A stretch of 64,000 nucleotides of DNA. Origin: Octopus vulgaris (Eukaryota). A program made the position numbers and the translations under genes. Position 1 is the first letter of the stretch. The number at the start of each line of letters is the position of its first letter. The stretch covers positions 28,830,001 through 28,894,000 of the forward strand of contig OX597821.1 in the NCBI GenBank assembly GCA_951406725.2, written 5' to 3'. A model generated the notes under the pieces. It was not told the DNA's origin. It saw only the letters and a list, made by a program, of their open reading frames with translations, and did not search any database. This document shows, piece by piece, positions 1 through 14,335 of the stretch.

Positions 1-52
1 CACCGTTTTCCTCATCTACGATGAAAGGATATTATCAATTAATAATCTAGAA

Positions 53-435
53 GGAAGCACTCCGTCGGTTATGACGACGAGGGTTCTGGTTGATCCGATC
101 AACGGAACAACCTGCTCGTGAAATTAACGTGTAAGTGGTTGAGCACTCCACAGACACGTGTACCCTTAACGTAGTTCTCGGGGATATTCAGCGTGACACA
201 GAGAGTGACAAGGCCGGCCCTTTGAAATACAGGTACAACAGAAACAGGAAGTAAGAGTTAGAGAAAGTTGTGGTGAAAGAGTACAGAAGGGATCACCACC
301 ATCCCCTGCCGGAGCCTCGTGGAGCTTTAGGTGTTTTCGCTCAATAAACACTCACAACGCCCGGTCTGGGAATCGAAACCGCGATCCTACGACCGCGAGT
401 CCACTGCCCTAACCACTGGGCCATTGCGTCTCCAC
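53..435 (-). mobile_element. tRNA-derived SINE (family C, tail type 1), full length
   Basis: Minus-strand head GTGGAGACGCAATGGCCCAGTGGTTAGGGC (A box) ... GGTTTCGATTCCC (B box). 12-bp TSD AATAATCTAGAA at 41-52 and 436-447. Head shared with 55090-55459. Confidence 0.85.
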
Positions 436-677
436 AATAATCTAGAAACAGCTGTAAGACCTTCTATGTATAAATGCTCTAATATCTATACAGCCTTGGT
501 TTTTTATCTCATTACGCAAAAATTCGTATATATATATATATATATATGCATACACCAGCACAAATAAAAATACATATATGCACACATAGACTTACATCGC
601 GCATGCGTGCGTGCACACACCCACAAACTAATACACTCATGCACAAGCATATTCATACATATATGTACGCATACATG

Positions 678-907
678 TTTCTTTATTACCCACAAGGGGC
701 TAAACATAGAGGGGACAAACAAGGACGGACAAACGGATTAAGTCCATTACATCGCCCCCAGTGCGTTACTGGTACTTAATTTATCGACCCCGAAAGGATG
801 AAAGGCAAAGTCGACCTCGGTGGAATTTGAACTCAGAACGTAACGGCAGGCGAAATACGGCTACGCATTTCGCCCGGTGTGCTAACGTTTCTGCCAGCTC
901 GCCGCCT
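678..907 (-). mobile_element. tRNA-derived SINE (family A) with Meta-domain-like core
   Basis: Minus strand AGGCGGCGAGCTGGCAGAAACGTTAGC...GAGTTCAAATTCC, then GAGGTCGACTTTGCCTTTCATCCTTTCGGGGTCGATAAATTAAGTACC (resembles the MetaSINE core, from recall). Ends ...CCCCTTGTGGGTAATAAAGAAA. TSD-like TATATGTACGCATA at 660-673 and 908-921. Confidence 0.85.
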
Positions 908-976
908 TATATGTACGCATATAACTGTGTGTGTATGAATGTGCAAATGTCATAAATGAGTGCCTTCGTGATTGTT

Positions 977-980
<4 letters not shown>

Positions 981-1036
<56 letters not shown>
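981..1036. repeat. (TG)n microsatellite
   Basis: Direct reading. Confidence 0.95.
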
Positions 1037-1039
<3 letters not shown>

Positions 1040-1312
1040 TTCTATGCGTTTTAACACATTATGTTTAATGTATATGCGATTTTAATGCACGTTTTTTTTC
1101 TTTTTTCGTTTGTGTTTTTCGGTGTGTGTAATGTATACACTGAAACATAAATACGTCGCAAAGAAACGTATCCATATGAAACGATATCTTCAAGGAAAGG
1201 AACACATGAGGGAAGAACAGACGGTAGTACAAAGAAGAAATAAAGAAAGAAAAGGACGAGACTATTAAATTCTCCATTACATATGTTTTATCACATACAG
1301 CTCGCCAATCCT

Positions 1313-1334
1313 ACGATGATGATCATCATCATCA

Positions 1335-1409
<75 letters not shown>

Positions 1410-1422
1410 TAATAATAACATA
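1313..1422. repeat. compound (GAT/CAT)n(TAC)n(TAA)n microsatellite
   Basis: Direct reading. Confidence 0.9.
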
Positions 1423-2229
1423 ACCTTCTCGTCTACATTTATGACGATATTAAGTTACGCATGGCGTTACCCAATCGCCTTGATTTCGTTTAAGCTGACA
1501 GCGTGTTAATGTGTCTTTCAAACCATATGTACCAGATGTTATTTCGTATAAAGTATTTCGTTTGGTAACTTTAGACTCGATACACATGGAAAGAACCAAA
1601 GGGTTTGCGTGAGTCGGTAAATATAGTAAAGAACCCGGCTAGATGTTTCGAGGCAAGGGTGGAGACTATTTTAATACTAGTGGTATATTACAAATATATA
1701 AGAACCTGCAGGAATATATATCAATGATGAGAAAAATCATGAATCCTTTATCTTATTTTTAAAACTTGTATTGTTTATTCTTAAGGAGACTGGAGCTGGT
1801 TTATTTCATTCATTTCTTTACATTTATATTTTCTTGGATGTGTATTTAATAAAATGCTGTATTTGAACAAGGAACCGTAGCTTTTTTATAGTCATAAAGA
1901 AAACGACTCACAATATTATATTTGAAACACTAATGTAACACTGATGTGAAAATCCGTTATCTATTTTAATATACATACATATATATATATATATATATAT
2001 GGGGGGGGGTGCGTGTACATATAAAACTGGGAAAGGCCGGTTTATAGACTTACGTTAGGTTTCCCGTCCTTAAAGGGTTTAGGTTTATGGCGCATCATCC
2101 ATATTGGTCCAAGACCTCTTTAAAACATGGAGGATGACATGCCTCACTACTCAAAGGTAACGATGGGGATTATCTCCCTTGCCTATCGGCTATCGACCTC
2201 CGGCTGTGCCGCCATCTTTTGGGCTTCAA

Positions 2230-2720
2230 AAGGCTAGCAGGAACCTCCGTAAATGTAGGTATCGCCCGAAAATTTTCGCTCTGGTGTTAAGGATGTTCCC
2301 TTGTTCTTGGGAGTGTATTGTTTTGTCCCCTTGATGTAGGGATATTGGTTCTCGAGGATTTTCCATGAGATCGAGTATGGAATCCCATAGTCTCTCAATT
2401 GTTTTACATAGACCATGTCGTTTATGTTTAATAAATGACCAGATGACCGGGCTTGTATATACTTAGGGAGAAGACCACAGGTCTCTCATAAATATGGAAC
2501 GCTTTGCCTCGGCTACTCCACTAAGAATATATCTACGCCATCCAACGAGCTGTGCACTCGAATACTACTGGAAAAGATAATGGACGTATTTAGGCGTATG
2601 AGGTGGAAAGCATCCTACTACGACCTAGCCACACCATCCCCGGAGAGCAACGCCTATGGAATCAAATCGAAGAAATACCCACCCAACATGAAGTTCCGTA
2701 AGTCCTCTTGCTCCTTCTAA
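2230..2720. pseudogene. degraded, rearranged Penelope-like element relic
   Basis: Plus strand 2518-2683 translates [56 protein letters not shown], homologous to the N-terminus of the 8899 PLE ORF (SLKNITIPP...FIKRIRWRSFFFD...YGFKSNKAPP). Minus strand 2234-2416 (YVKQLRDYGIPYSISWKIL) resembles its GIY-YIG C-terminus. Confidence 0.7.
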
Positions 2721-2732
2721 CACATCAATAAC

Positions 2733-3437
<705 letters not shown>

Positions 3438-3520
3438 GGTCCCGGGTTGATTCGGGGTTAACCACAGTAAGTAAGGTACTCAATACATAGCAGAGTAAAA
3501 TTAATTTATTATATAGAAGG

Positions 3521-3571
3521 AGCTTCTACAGGACTAGTACTGTTTCATTCAAGAGAAATCTTCAGGAAGCT
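3521..3571 (-). ncRNA. type I minimal hammerhead ribozyme (3' pLTR copy)
   Basis: Minus strand AGCTTC-CTGAAGA-TTTCTCTTGAAT-GAAA-CAGTACTAGTCCTG-TA-GAAGCT: CUGANGA/GAAA core, stem I AGCTTC/GAAGCT, stem III ACAG/CTGT, GUA cleavage triplet. Confidence 0.8.
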
Positions 3572-3844
3572 ATTTAACAAGAATTGTATTAGCATTTATA
3601 CATTTAGGCAGGTTTAAAGGAGTGGTGGTGGGGGACTTTTTGGGGGTAGGCATAGCGCAAAATATCATGCTTGGGGGAGTGGTCAAGGAGTCAGTGGTAA
3701 GTTAGATGAAAGAATAGATAAATAAAAAAATAAAAAAATAAAAAAATAAAAAATATATATAAAAAAGAATATATATATAAAAAAATATATATATAAAAAA
3801 AGGGGGGATAGAGTTATAGGTAAATAAGGAGATTCTCACTTATA

Positions 3845-3908
3845 CCTATACACACATGTATACGTCTCTACACACACATATATATATACACATATATATA
3901 TATACACA

Positions 3909-3944
<36 letters not shown>

Positions 3945-4257
3945 CATATACATATACACACACATACATACATATCTACATACACACATACATACACCCG
4001 CCCACATATACAAATTTATACACATGCACATGCCTATACCTGTCTACACATACACACACGTATATATGCATACACTCACTCCCATGCATGCACGCATACA
4101 CACATGTATATATATATATATATACCCACGACCACACATACATATATACACATAAAAATATATATTCATACGCACATACACTCATGCACACACAACACAC
4201 CTAGTTCCCTATATACACATATTTACACCTATATATACATACACCCACATACACCTA

Positions 4258-4295
<38 letters not shown>

Positions 4296-4836
4296 CACGC
4301 ATACATATATATACATGTGTGCACATACATACATACACACATATATACATACACATACACATACACATGTGTACCTATACATACCTACACATACACACAT
4401 ACATACATACAAATATATATATATATATATATATATACAATCCAATACAGGCCCATTCCCTAATTTTAATTTTATTATCTTCATTTATTACTTTTGTTAT
4501 CTTTGATCGCTAGAGCTAAGAATCCTGGCAATGGCTGCATGTCCATTTGTCTGTCTACTAGAAGGCAAGTACTCATTCCCGCACGCACACTCATTAGCAC
4601 GTACATTCACCCATTCGTACACTCATACACATACACGTACGCACGCGTTATATTCATACATACAAACATCTACATACGTTCACGTATATACACATACGTA
4701 CTCGTACCTACAGATTCGTGTCTACACTTTAGGAGGCTAGTCTATACATATACACCAATAAATATACATATATATATATATACACACATATACATACACA
4801 CACACACATATATACTCCTACATACAGATACATACC

Positions 4837-4892
<56 letters not shown>

Positions 4893-5392
4893 CATACACA
4901 TACACACATACATATACACACACACATACATACACATATATATACATACACAAACATATATACACACATATATATATACATACACACATACACACATACA
5001 TACGTATACATACATACATACATCCATACATCCATACTTACATGCATTTATACGCATACACACACCCATCTATATATATGTATATATATATATATATATA
5101 TACACACTCACACATACATATACAAATCTACGCACACACATACATACATACACGTATACACATACACGCACATACACATATACATGCGTACCCATACACG
5201 TGCACACACGCACGCGCATCCATATATATACACACACACACATATATATACACGTGTGCAAGCATACATACATACTCATACGCGCACACATACTTACATA
5301 TACATATATGCACACACTTACACACATATATATACATACACATATACATGCATACATACATATATGCATACATACACACACGCACTCATATA

Positions 5393-5446
<54 letters not shown>

Positions 5447-6452
5447 CACATACATACACATACACATACATATACACACATACACACACATATATATATA
5501 TATACATATACACATATACACATACATATATACACATATACATACATATACATACACACACACATACATATATACATATACACTGATACACATACCCATA
5601 CATATATATATATATATACACACACACATATACACATGCATATACTTATATCACTACATACTCACATATATAAACATATATACATATACACACATACATA
5701 TATACATGTACATACACATACGTATGCATATACATATATATACACATATATATACCCATATATATATATATATATATATACATACACACACACACACACA
5801 TACATATACACATATACATGTATACATACGCAAAAATGATACACATATATACACATACACACACACAGACAGATGCATATACATACATATATATATATAA
5901 ACTACATATCTATATAAATACATACAAAATACACATATACACACACATATATATACATTCATGCATATACATATACAAGTATACATACACATACATACAC
6001 ACACACGCGCACACATACATATACACACACACATATACAAATACATACATACACACATACACACACACATATATATATATATACATACATGTACACATAT
6101 ACATATATATATATATATCAACAAGGGAGGGTAAAGTTAATTAGTTATTAATCAATTTCATCAAGTGTTCAGTATGTAAAGGGACCATTATTATTTTGAG
6201 TAAACAATGTTAGAGGGAAAAAAATTCTCTAAGTAGTGGAAGAGGCTAAAAAACTTATTTGGCTGCTATTTCTAGAAAGTTTAGTATGTGGCAAAGTAAT
6301 TTATTTTATTTTACTAAGCCCTAATTATATAATATTTTATACATACATACACATACATAAGCACACACACCTACACATACATATGCATATACATATATAC
6401 ACATATACATACAAACACATATACACATATACACACACACACACATACAAGC

Positions 6453-6517
<65 letters not shown>

Positions 6518-6652
6518 AATACATATACATATATATTTTTACATGCATACATACACACACACACACATAATACATGCGTATATTCCTACTGTACCCATGC
6601 ATTTCTATACATATATACATACATACGATACACATATACAAGCGTGCACATA
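3845..6652. repeat. degenerate (TA/CA)n arrays inside the PLE 3' region
   Basis: Low-complexity TATACA mosaics interrupted by unique blocks at ~4440-4740 and ~6120-6335. Confidence 0.85.
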
Positions 6653-6760
6653 TAAAATGTGAAAGGTCTTAGGAGAAAAGGTAATCGGGGGTGCTAGGGG
6701 AACAGTGGGGTTGGGGGGGTTGTAGGGGGGGTTGTAGGGGGGTTGTAGGGGGGGTTGTCA

Positions 6761-8899
6761 TCAATCAGGTTGCCGGGTAGGTCTATAGTTCTTGTAGTTC
6801 GCATACTTCTTATGCATGCAATTTGGGGAGTGTTCTGAAAATTTGTTAAGGAGAGGGCCTTTGGCGAACAAGATCTCTAGGCTCTCTGATATGCATAGGT
6901 CACAGCAGGTATGTCCTCCTGTGTACGAGCGCGCCTTCTGTAGTAGTTTCCACTTGGTCTTGAAGGGGATTGAGTTCCTTTTAAGGTACCAGATGTGGGC
7001 GGCGAGGGTAGTTTGGTTGGATTTATCCTGTCGCCGGAACGAGTGTGTATGTGCGTACCAGCGGGTCTTAAAGCTGTTTGACGTCATTCCAATGTAGGAT
7101 TTACTTTTATCGTCAAGGCCTGATCTTACCTCGCATTTATATACTAGGTCCCTCTGTAGGCAGTTGTTGTTGAGGGGGCAGGTGGTTTTATCATGGCAGT
7201 TGCAATTGCTATCGGACGTTGGATGGGCCCCGGAGAAAGTAGATATGTTAAGTTTTTTCACATTGTTGTTGGCTAGGTTCCTGGCTAGGTTGGGCGTGGT
7301 AGAGTAGGAGAGTCTAATAGTGTTCTTATTTAGGATAGTGTAGTACTTATGTTGGGTGGGGAAGTGTTTCTGTAGGAGAGTGAAAAAGATCTTAGCTACA
7401 GGTGTAGCGACCTCACGGTTGAAGGGGGGTTGTACCAGCTAATGTGTCTTCGTCTATTTTTCCTGGGTTGGCGTGGGGCTATACTAGTGTAGGTAATCTT
7501 ATCTTTAAAACCACTGCGGGCCAGGGCCTCGTTGTAATAGGGGGCTGCGGCCTTAAAGATATCTTCCGTGGCGGACAGGCTAGAGATTCTAATTGAGACA
7601 CTTTTTACTAGGTTATCTAATATATTTCTGGGGTGGTTGGAATTGATATCTATATATCTAAGGGATTCATTTGGTTTGTGGTACGGGTAATAAAGTGAGG
7701 TTTTTAAGTCGAGGGTGACATCTAGGAAGTTAGCCTTTGTTAAGTTGGATTCTAGGGTAATCCTAAGGCCTAAGTTTTTAAAGAAGGTGTGAAGATTTTT
7801 CCGGAACCCATCCGTGGTCCTGGGGTTTATATTGTGGAGGGCGAAAAGGCCGTCATCTCGGTAAAGACCACCGGAGAGGCCTGTGAATAGGGTTTTCAGC
7901 CTATGGAGGATGAAAAGGCCCACTAGGTCACTTATTTCAGCAGAGTCGTTAGCACCCATGCTGACGTCGAAGGGGGTCACAGATTTTTTGTTGATCCAGT
8001 GGGATCCGTCATAGAAAAAAAAGTCTTACGTGCGTGGAGGATCACATCTTGCTCGGCCTCGGTGATGGTGGAGGACCTCCTGGCGAAGTTAATCGCATCG
8101 ATCAGCAAGCTCTCCGATATAGAGGCGTAGTAATCCTCGATATCCAGTTGTAGGAATCGGGTGTTGCTTTTATCTGGTAAATCCCGGAACCAAGTTATTG
8201 CCTCGGAGGTCCTATTCCAGAGTGGAAGGGTGAAGCTTCACGCATTTTTGGTAAAATCCTGTCCAGGATCTTCTTGCTGACGGATCCGATGTCAGACTTG
8301 GTTGGGTTAATCAAACGGACCGACTGTTTATTTTCGAAATGGTCTTTGTGGTCTTTCAGGATGAAGTGTGGGGACTTCACCCTCAGGGGTTCTGTTCGGT
8401 CGTCGATTTTAAGGGAGGTGGCAATCTCTTTCCCGGCCAAGTTGGTTTCAGTTAGCGCTGCGTCGTCTACTTTCTTGTATTTAGCTGTGATGGCGTTATC
8501 GGCTAGTCTATTATAGGTATCCGGAGTCACCGCGTAAATATTTTTTGTCTTGTCCGAAGGGACATGGAGGTTCTGGGAGCTTTTCATTTTCGAAAGCTTC
8601 GCATTCAGTTCCGTTTGGAAAGGTAAGTTGATTCTCCTGAATTTGATGTTTTTTATCATGAGGAAGAGGTCTTCTTCAAACGGTTCAAGTAGGCTGTTGG
8701 TAGGAGGGGCCTTATTTGATTTGAAGCCGTACTTATCATTACTGGTAGATGCTACATCAGGGTTGTCGAAGAAGAAAGATCTCCATCGAATTCTTTTGAT
8801 GAACTCATCAGTCCGTCTAATGAGGGCTTTTTGGTACTGTTTCCTTGGTGGGATAGTAATGTTCTTCAGGGAAGTGTCGAGGTCGATTCTTGTCAGCAT
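6761..8899 (-). CDS. PLE polyprotein: reverse transcriptase + C-terminal GIY-YIG endonuclease (~712 aa; three apparent -1 frameshifts)
   Basis: RT motifs LKDHK..F, RLINP, MGANDSAEISDLVG, LYRDDG, FLDVTLDL, SNHP. Linker CNC..CPL..C. Endonuclease VYKCEV...YIGMT...FKTRW..H..SF and CDLCISE. Fragments 8195-8899, 7396-7980 and 6761-7261 join by single-base shifts near 8224, 8015-8022 and 7424-7429. Confidence 0.9.
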
Positions 8900-9030
8900 T
8901 TTTCTTGGTGATGGTTATAAGGGCACTAGGGTGTGCTAAGATATGTAGGTCCCGGGTTGAATCGGGGTTAACCACAGTAAGTAAGGTACTCAATACATAG
9001 CAGAGTAAAATTAATTTATTATATAGAAGG

Positions 9031-9081
9031 AGCTTCTACAGGACTAGTACTGTTTCATTCAAGAGAAATCTTCAGGAAGCT
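9031..9081 (-). ncRNA. type I minimal hammerhead ribozyme (5' pLTR copy)
   Basis: Identical to 3521-3571. Confidence 0.8.
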
Positions 9082-9238
9082 ATTTAACAAGAATTGTATT
9101 AGCATTTATACATTTAGGCAGGTTTAAAGGAGTGGTGGTGGGGGACTTTTTGGGGGTAGGCATAGCGCAAAATATCATACTTGGGGGAGTGGTCAAGGAG
9201 TCAGTGGTAAGTTAGATGAAAGAATAGATAAATTAAAT

Positions 9239-9289
9239 AGCTTCCTGAAGATTTCTCTTGAATGAAACAGTACTAGTCCTGTAGAAGCT
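9239..9289 (+). ncRNA. hammerhead ribozyme in the inverted pLTR segment
   Basis: AGCTTCCTGAAGATTTCTCTTGAATGAAACAGTACTAGTCCTGTAGAAGCT read directly on the plus strand. Confidence 0.8.
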
Positions 9290-9300
9290 CCTTCTATATA

Positions 9301-9360
<60 letters not shown>

Positions 9361-9364
<4 letters not shown>

Positions 9365-9572
9365 TTTATTTTAAGCAGCAGACAATTCAACAAAATCTGT
9401 TACTCTGAGTTTCTCGTTGCCGCTCATCAGACTGTCTGATGAACGGCAACGAGAAACTCAGAGTAACAGATTTTGTTGAATTTTCTGCTGCTTAAAATAA
9501 AGCATATTACTCTACCACTGGTATTTGAGTACTCTTTTTTCCACCTTGTTTCACATTTATGTGTTTACTCCG

Positions 9573-9573
<1 letters not shown>
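9361..9573 (+). mobile_element. short non-autonomous HHR-bearing element with a fold-back palindrome
   Basis: 9361-9505 is a near-perfect palindrome centred on TCATCAGAC-T-GTCTGATGA. HHR CTGT-CTGATGA-ACGGCAACGA-GAAA-CTCAGAG-TA-ACAG at 9432-9469. Non-palindromic sibling at 22805-22953. (TA)n flanks. Confidence 0.8.
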
Positions 9574-9615
<42 letters not shown>

Positions 9616-10216
9616 CTCAAGTTTCACTGTTACCACTTCCGACCTATACGGCCGTTATATTGAAGAAGAAGAAGAAGAAGAAGAAGAAGAAGCCCTAATG
9701 TTATCAATGAATCGTATGCTCTCGTTTAGTTCAAGGACGACTCTGATGAAAAAAAAAACATTTAATGAACCTTAACGGTTTTTTACTGAATTATTTTCAT
9801 ATTCAGTATTAGGGGCATCAACCTTAAGCAGTTTCATATTTTTCTGTGGGTGAAATTTCATCTGCATACGAATGGTTATGCACAACAGCTTTAAAACAGA
9901 TAAATTCATACTCTATGTTTAAATTATTTAATCCTCTCCTGGTCGATAAAACTTCGTACGAAATCTAGCACTCGATCGTTATGCATTTGTAGATACAAAT
10001 CTTATGCATTAAAACAAATAATGTATTGCCTAATAAACACATCCATACACACAGACGCACACACATACACACATATTCTCACACACACAAACGCACGCAT
10101 ATGCGCACACAGACATCCACACACACTCACACACTTACCACAACAACTCATTTGTACACGCATATTTACTTGCATTGGCAACATATATGTCTGTGTGTGT
10201 GTGACTGAATGTATGA

Positions 10217-10218
<2 letters not shown>

Positions 10219-10261
<43 letters not shown>

Positions 10262-10322
10262 CATACATACATATATATACATATATATATACATACATAT
10301 ATATATATATACATATATATAT

Positions 10323-10361
<39 letters not shown>

Positions 10362-10404
10362 TATATACATATATATATACATATATATATATACATATAT
10401 ATAT

Positions 10405-10445
<41 letters not shown>

Positions 10446-10450
10446 TATAC

Positions 10451-10541
<91 letters not shown>
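10219..10541. repeat. (TA)n/(TACA)n microsatellite
   Basis: Direct reading. Confidence 0.9.
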
Positions 10542-10547
<6 letters not shown>

Positions 10548-11556
10548 TATATACACCTATAATCGGAAAAGCGATAGCTATTTTGCAATTGGTGAATGGT
10601 AATATAATAAAGGAAATTACTTCGACGTAATGACACGTAAAAAATAATGCAAGGTATATGTATTTTCAATACATTTTCTACGGCATGTATATGCGTAGTT
10701 TTCACTCATATAAACAAACACTCAGACACTCATACTTTTTCATATTTGTTTTTGTTAATTTCTCTGCACAATGAACTGTTTTAGAAAAACTGAAACGAAT
10801 CGATTTCAAAATATTTCATGTAGGGTGACAAATCACAGTGTTTTTCGATAAAGTGATAAATTAAATACCAACCCGCATTCCTTAGTTTTAAGTTCAAATA
10901 ATGCGGTTGTTTTATACTTGTCTAATAATTTGTGTCGGTGAAAATGTTGCTCAATCACAAAAATGGCCGCCATTTCTTGGTATCAGTGCAGTTCTGATTT
11001 ATTTTAACAGAATGTACGCAAATAGGTATTGCCAACAGTCAGTGGGTAAACAACTGGTTTTGACCGAAGATACATTTATTTATTGAGAGAAGGTTGTTTT
11101 GCCTAATAATATGTGTATTGGCTTAACACCCCTTAATATTTGTCTTCATCGATTGCTTACTCTGTACGTCCACACTGTTGCTGTTAGTTCGTTCGTTCGA
11201 AGCCCTAACTCTCCACAAATTTTATATTTTTAAAATATCTAGATGCTGCTGTCTTATGAAGTTTTCCAATCTTGTCGTTGAAACCTCGAGGTAGGGAGTT
11301 TTAAATAGTCGACAACTGAGGAGGAGTTATACTTCTTTTGGTATTTTGTCCCATACTTGTCTCTAGTTATGTGTTTACGTATTTTTACTCGTTGTTGATG
11401 TTCTGTTCTTATTGTGCATTTTTTTGTATTTCGTCCTTTACTTATCTCTCGTGTGTTTACTGGTTTTTCGCTCGTTGCTGATGTCCTGTACTTAATGTGT
11501 ATTTTTTATTCATAATCGAACGCCATGCACCCTTGTCCACAATAAGTTCTCGCATT

Positions 11557-11597
<41 letters not shown>

Positions 11598-11639
11598 CTG
11601 TGTCTGTGTGTGTGTGTGTATATATGTATGTATATAACA

Positions 11640-11921
<282 letters not shown>

Positions 11922-11999
11922 TAAATACTGTTGTGCGTGCATGTCCAAATATTATGTCAGCTAAAAGTTGAGTTACGATAACAGCTGAGTTGATAGCGG

Positions 12000-12603
12000 C
12001 TATTGAGTCAAAATACTTGACTACAGCTGCCTCTCCTCTCTAAACAAATCAGACTGTTTATTCCTTCAAAATATTCAAAATATTCAAAACGCTCTAAACG
12101 TCACTGGGGAAAGGTAACGAGGCATGCTTGAACATTTGTACATTCTGTACTTGAGAACATACCGGATGTATGCTGACAGTAAGATGGGGCTACTATTAAT
12201 AAAATTCGCCCAACGATATATCTCTTAAGGCACATTTTTGGAAGGAAGATACTTTTGAGAAATTCTGAATTCAATTGGCCTTCAGGCTTACCTGATGTAA
12301 CGGCCCCAGAATTTTCTTTTTAGTAATATCTGAAAGACAGAGTACTTCGGACCATCCAGCAACTCAAAGCCAACATCTGTGAAAAAAATTGAAGGAATGC
12401 GCCAAGAAATATCATGAACAGTGATGGAAAACTGTTTAAAAAGGGTCCGCTCTTCTCTAGGAGAAAATTGTGGCCTTACTTTCAAAAGTAATTAAAATAT
12501 GTTTTCCAAGAAGTGTACTCAATGTTTATAAAAGAGCATATGTGGATGTTAAAGAAGAGGATTATATTGTGAAATAGTCTAGCGGCTATTGGGTTACCCT
12601 GTA
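12000..12603 (+). pseudogene. degraded Tc1/mariner-superfamily transposase relic
   Basis: DG at ~12183 and WPSGLPDVTAPEFSF at ~12276-12320 (cf. QQDGA / WPPRSPDLTPLDFF). Ends ...TTGGGTTACCCTG-TA like a CAG-type TIR. Left boundary approximate. Confidence 0.5.
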
Positions 12604-12793
12604 AAATACGTGGGAAGATGATCAAGCATTGATCGATACGTATTAGTGGGATAGTGTGAACTTTGTTGGTTACAAAATCTTCACCAAGTGTATATCAGAG
12701 AAAAGCTGATGTACATTCAGATAGATAGTTTGATAGAAAGATAGGTATTAGATATATTAATATAGAGACAATATGATAGACTACCAGCCAGCC

Positions 12794-12804
12794 AGATAGT
12801 TAGG

Positions 12805-12896
<92 letters not shown>

Positions 12897-12922
12897 CATA
12901 TTAGATAGATTGATAGGTATAT

Positions 12923-13003
<81 letters not shown>
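12794..13003. repeat. (GATA)n
   Basis: Direct reading. Confidence 0.9.
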
Positions 13004-13005
<2 letters not shown>

Positions 13006-14094
13006 GCAGGTTTTTAGCTGTGTAAATTGAAAATATTTTAATCAACATAATGTTTAGCTGTAAATATATTTCTTACCTGACTTTACGGTTATTGCGCAAA
13101 CTATAGATATAGAAGCGCAGCGAAATGATCTACATTGAAGATGTTAGTTTGTTATATTCTTGACTATATGTAATATATTGTTAAGCTGGAGTGTTAAATT
13201 GGGTTAAAAATACTTTTATAAATTCATAAACCAATAACTTCGTGTACGCTTGCATAATATCAATTTAGCTTTGTAGCTAACTCATTCTATACATTTGCCA
13301 GTAAAAGGTTCATGGTTACATTGTTTATTGGGTGTAATTAAATTCATAAACCGATTCGTTCAGACTAGTTAAAGGCTTTCCATCTTATGTCTGTAGTATA
13401 CTTAAAACGTCGAAAACGTTGGCTGCTTTAAATCGGTTTTTCTTTTCATTTTTTTCCCTTCTTCTTAGATTGAATTTCAATTTCAGCTTCTGAGATGAAT
13501 TTTCCGTATAGTTATAAAATTTTAACGTTCCTTTGATCTCGCTTTGAGTTTGGAATGTTTAATCTATAACGCTGTATTTATTTGTTTCTTTTTCTGCTGG
13601 AAAATATCCAAGTTCTGAAGAAAAGCTAAATGCAATAACTTCCTTATAAAAATGTTGTAATTTTGGCATCATATTGTGTAGTTTATGTTCATGGAATATA
13701 CTAGGAAGAATCATTACCCTTAGGCAATATTTATGACGTCAAAATATGTGTGAAGGAGACGTTTAGCTATGTACGATAATTGAAATGTATAGACCTGTTA
13801 GAGGTATCTCTCTTACCTTCTGGTAATTGGTTTAAGCTCGTGGGTGTGGCTGAACGTCGAACTAACTACTTTACAATATTTCTTACCTTTTTTTTCACTT
13901 CTTTCCCTTTTCATTCCGAGTAAAAAAAAGTCGCCCACAATCGATGTTGCTTTTAAACACCTAGAGAAAAAGGAGTGTTTGCGCAAAACATCCGATTAAA
14001 TAACATTTGTCCCAGTGTTCTGATATTCCTCCCAAGCGCATGAATGCCTTTTTGCGTCACTTTTACTAATATATATATATTCCTTATTGTCATG

Positions 14095-14335
14095 TAAACG
14101 CGCGTGTCTTAGCGGTTAATGTGTCAGCACTACCATCGTAAGATTGTGGTTTCGATTCCTGGACCGGGCGACGCGTTGTGTTCTTGAACAAAACACTTCA
14201 TTTTACGTTGCTCCAGTCCACTCAGCTGGCTAAAAGAAAGATCCAGCTGGGGAACACATACACCATAGAAACCGGGAAACCGGGCCCATGAATCTGGCTA
14301 GGCTTTAACAGGGTGCATTTATTATTATTATTATT
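14095..14335 (+). mobile_element. tRNA-derived SINE (C-related head)
   Basis: B box GGTTTCGATTCC, core TTGAACAAAACACTTCATTTTACGTTGCTCCAGTCCACTCAGCTG shared with 35797-36137, (ATT)n tail. Confidence 0.7.

Noticed and set aside
360-435. tRNA genes (also the other A/B-box heads)
   Set aside because: They continue into SINE cores and tails, some with TSDs; no complete cloverleaf could be supported.
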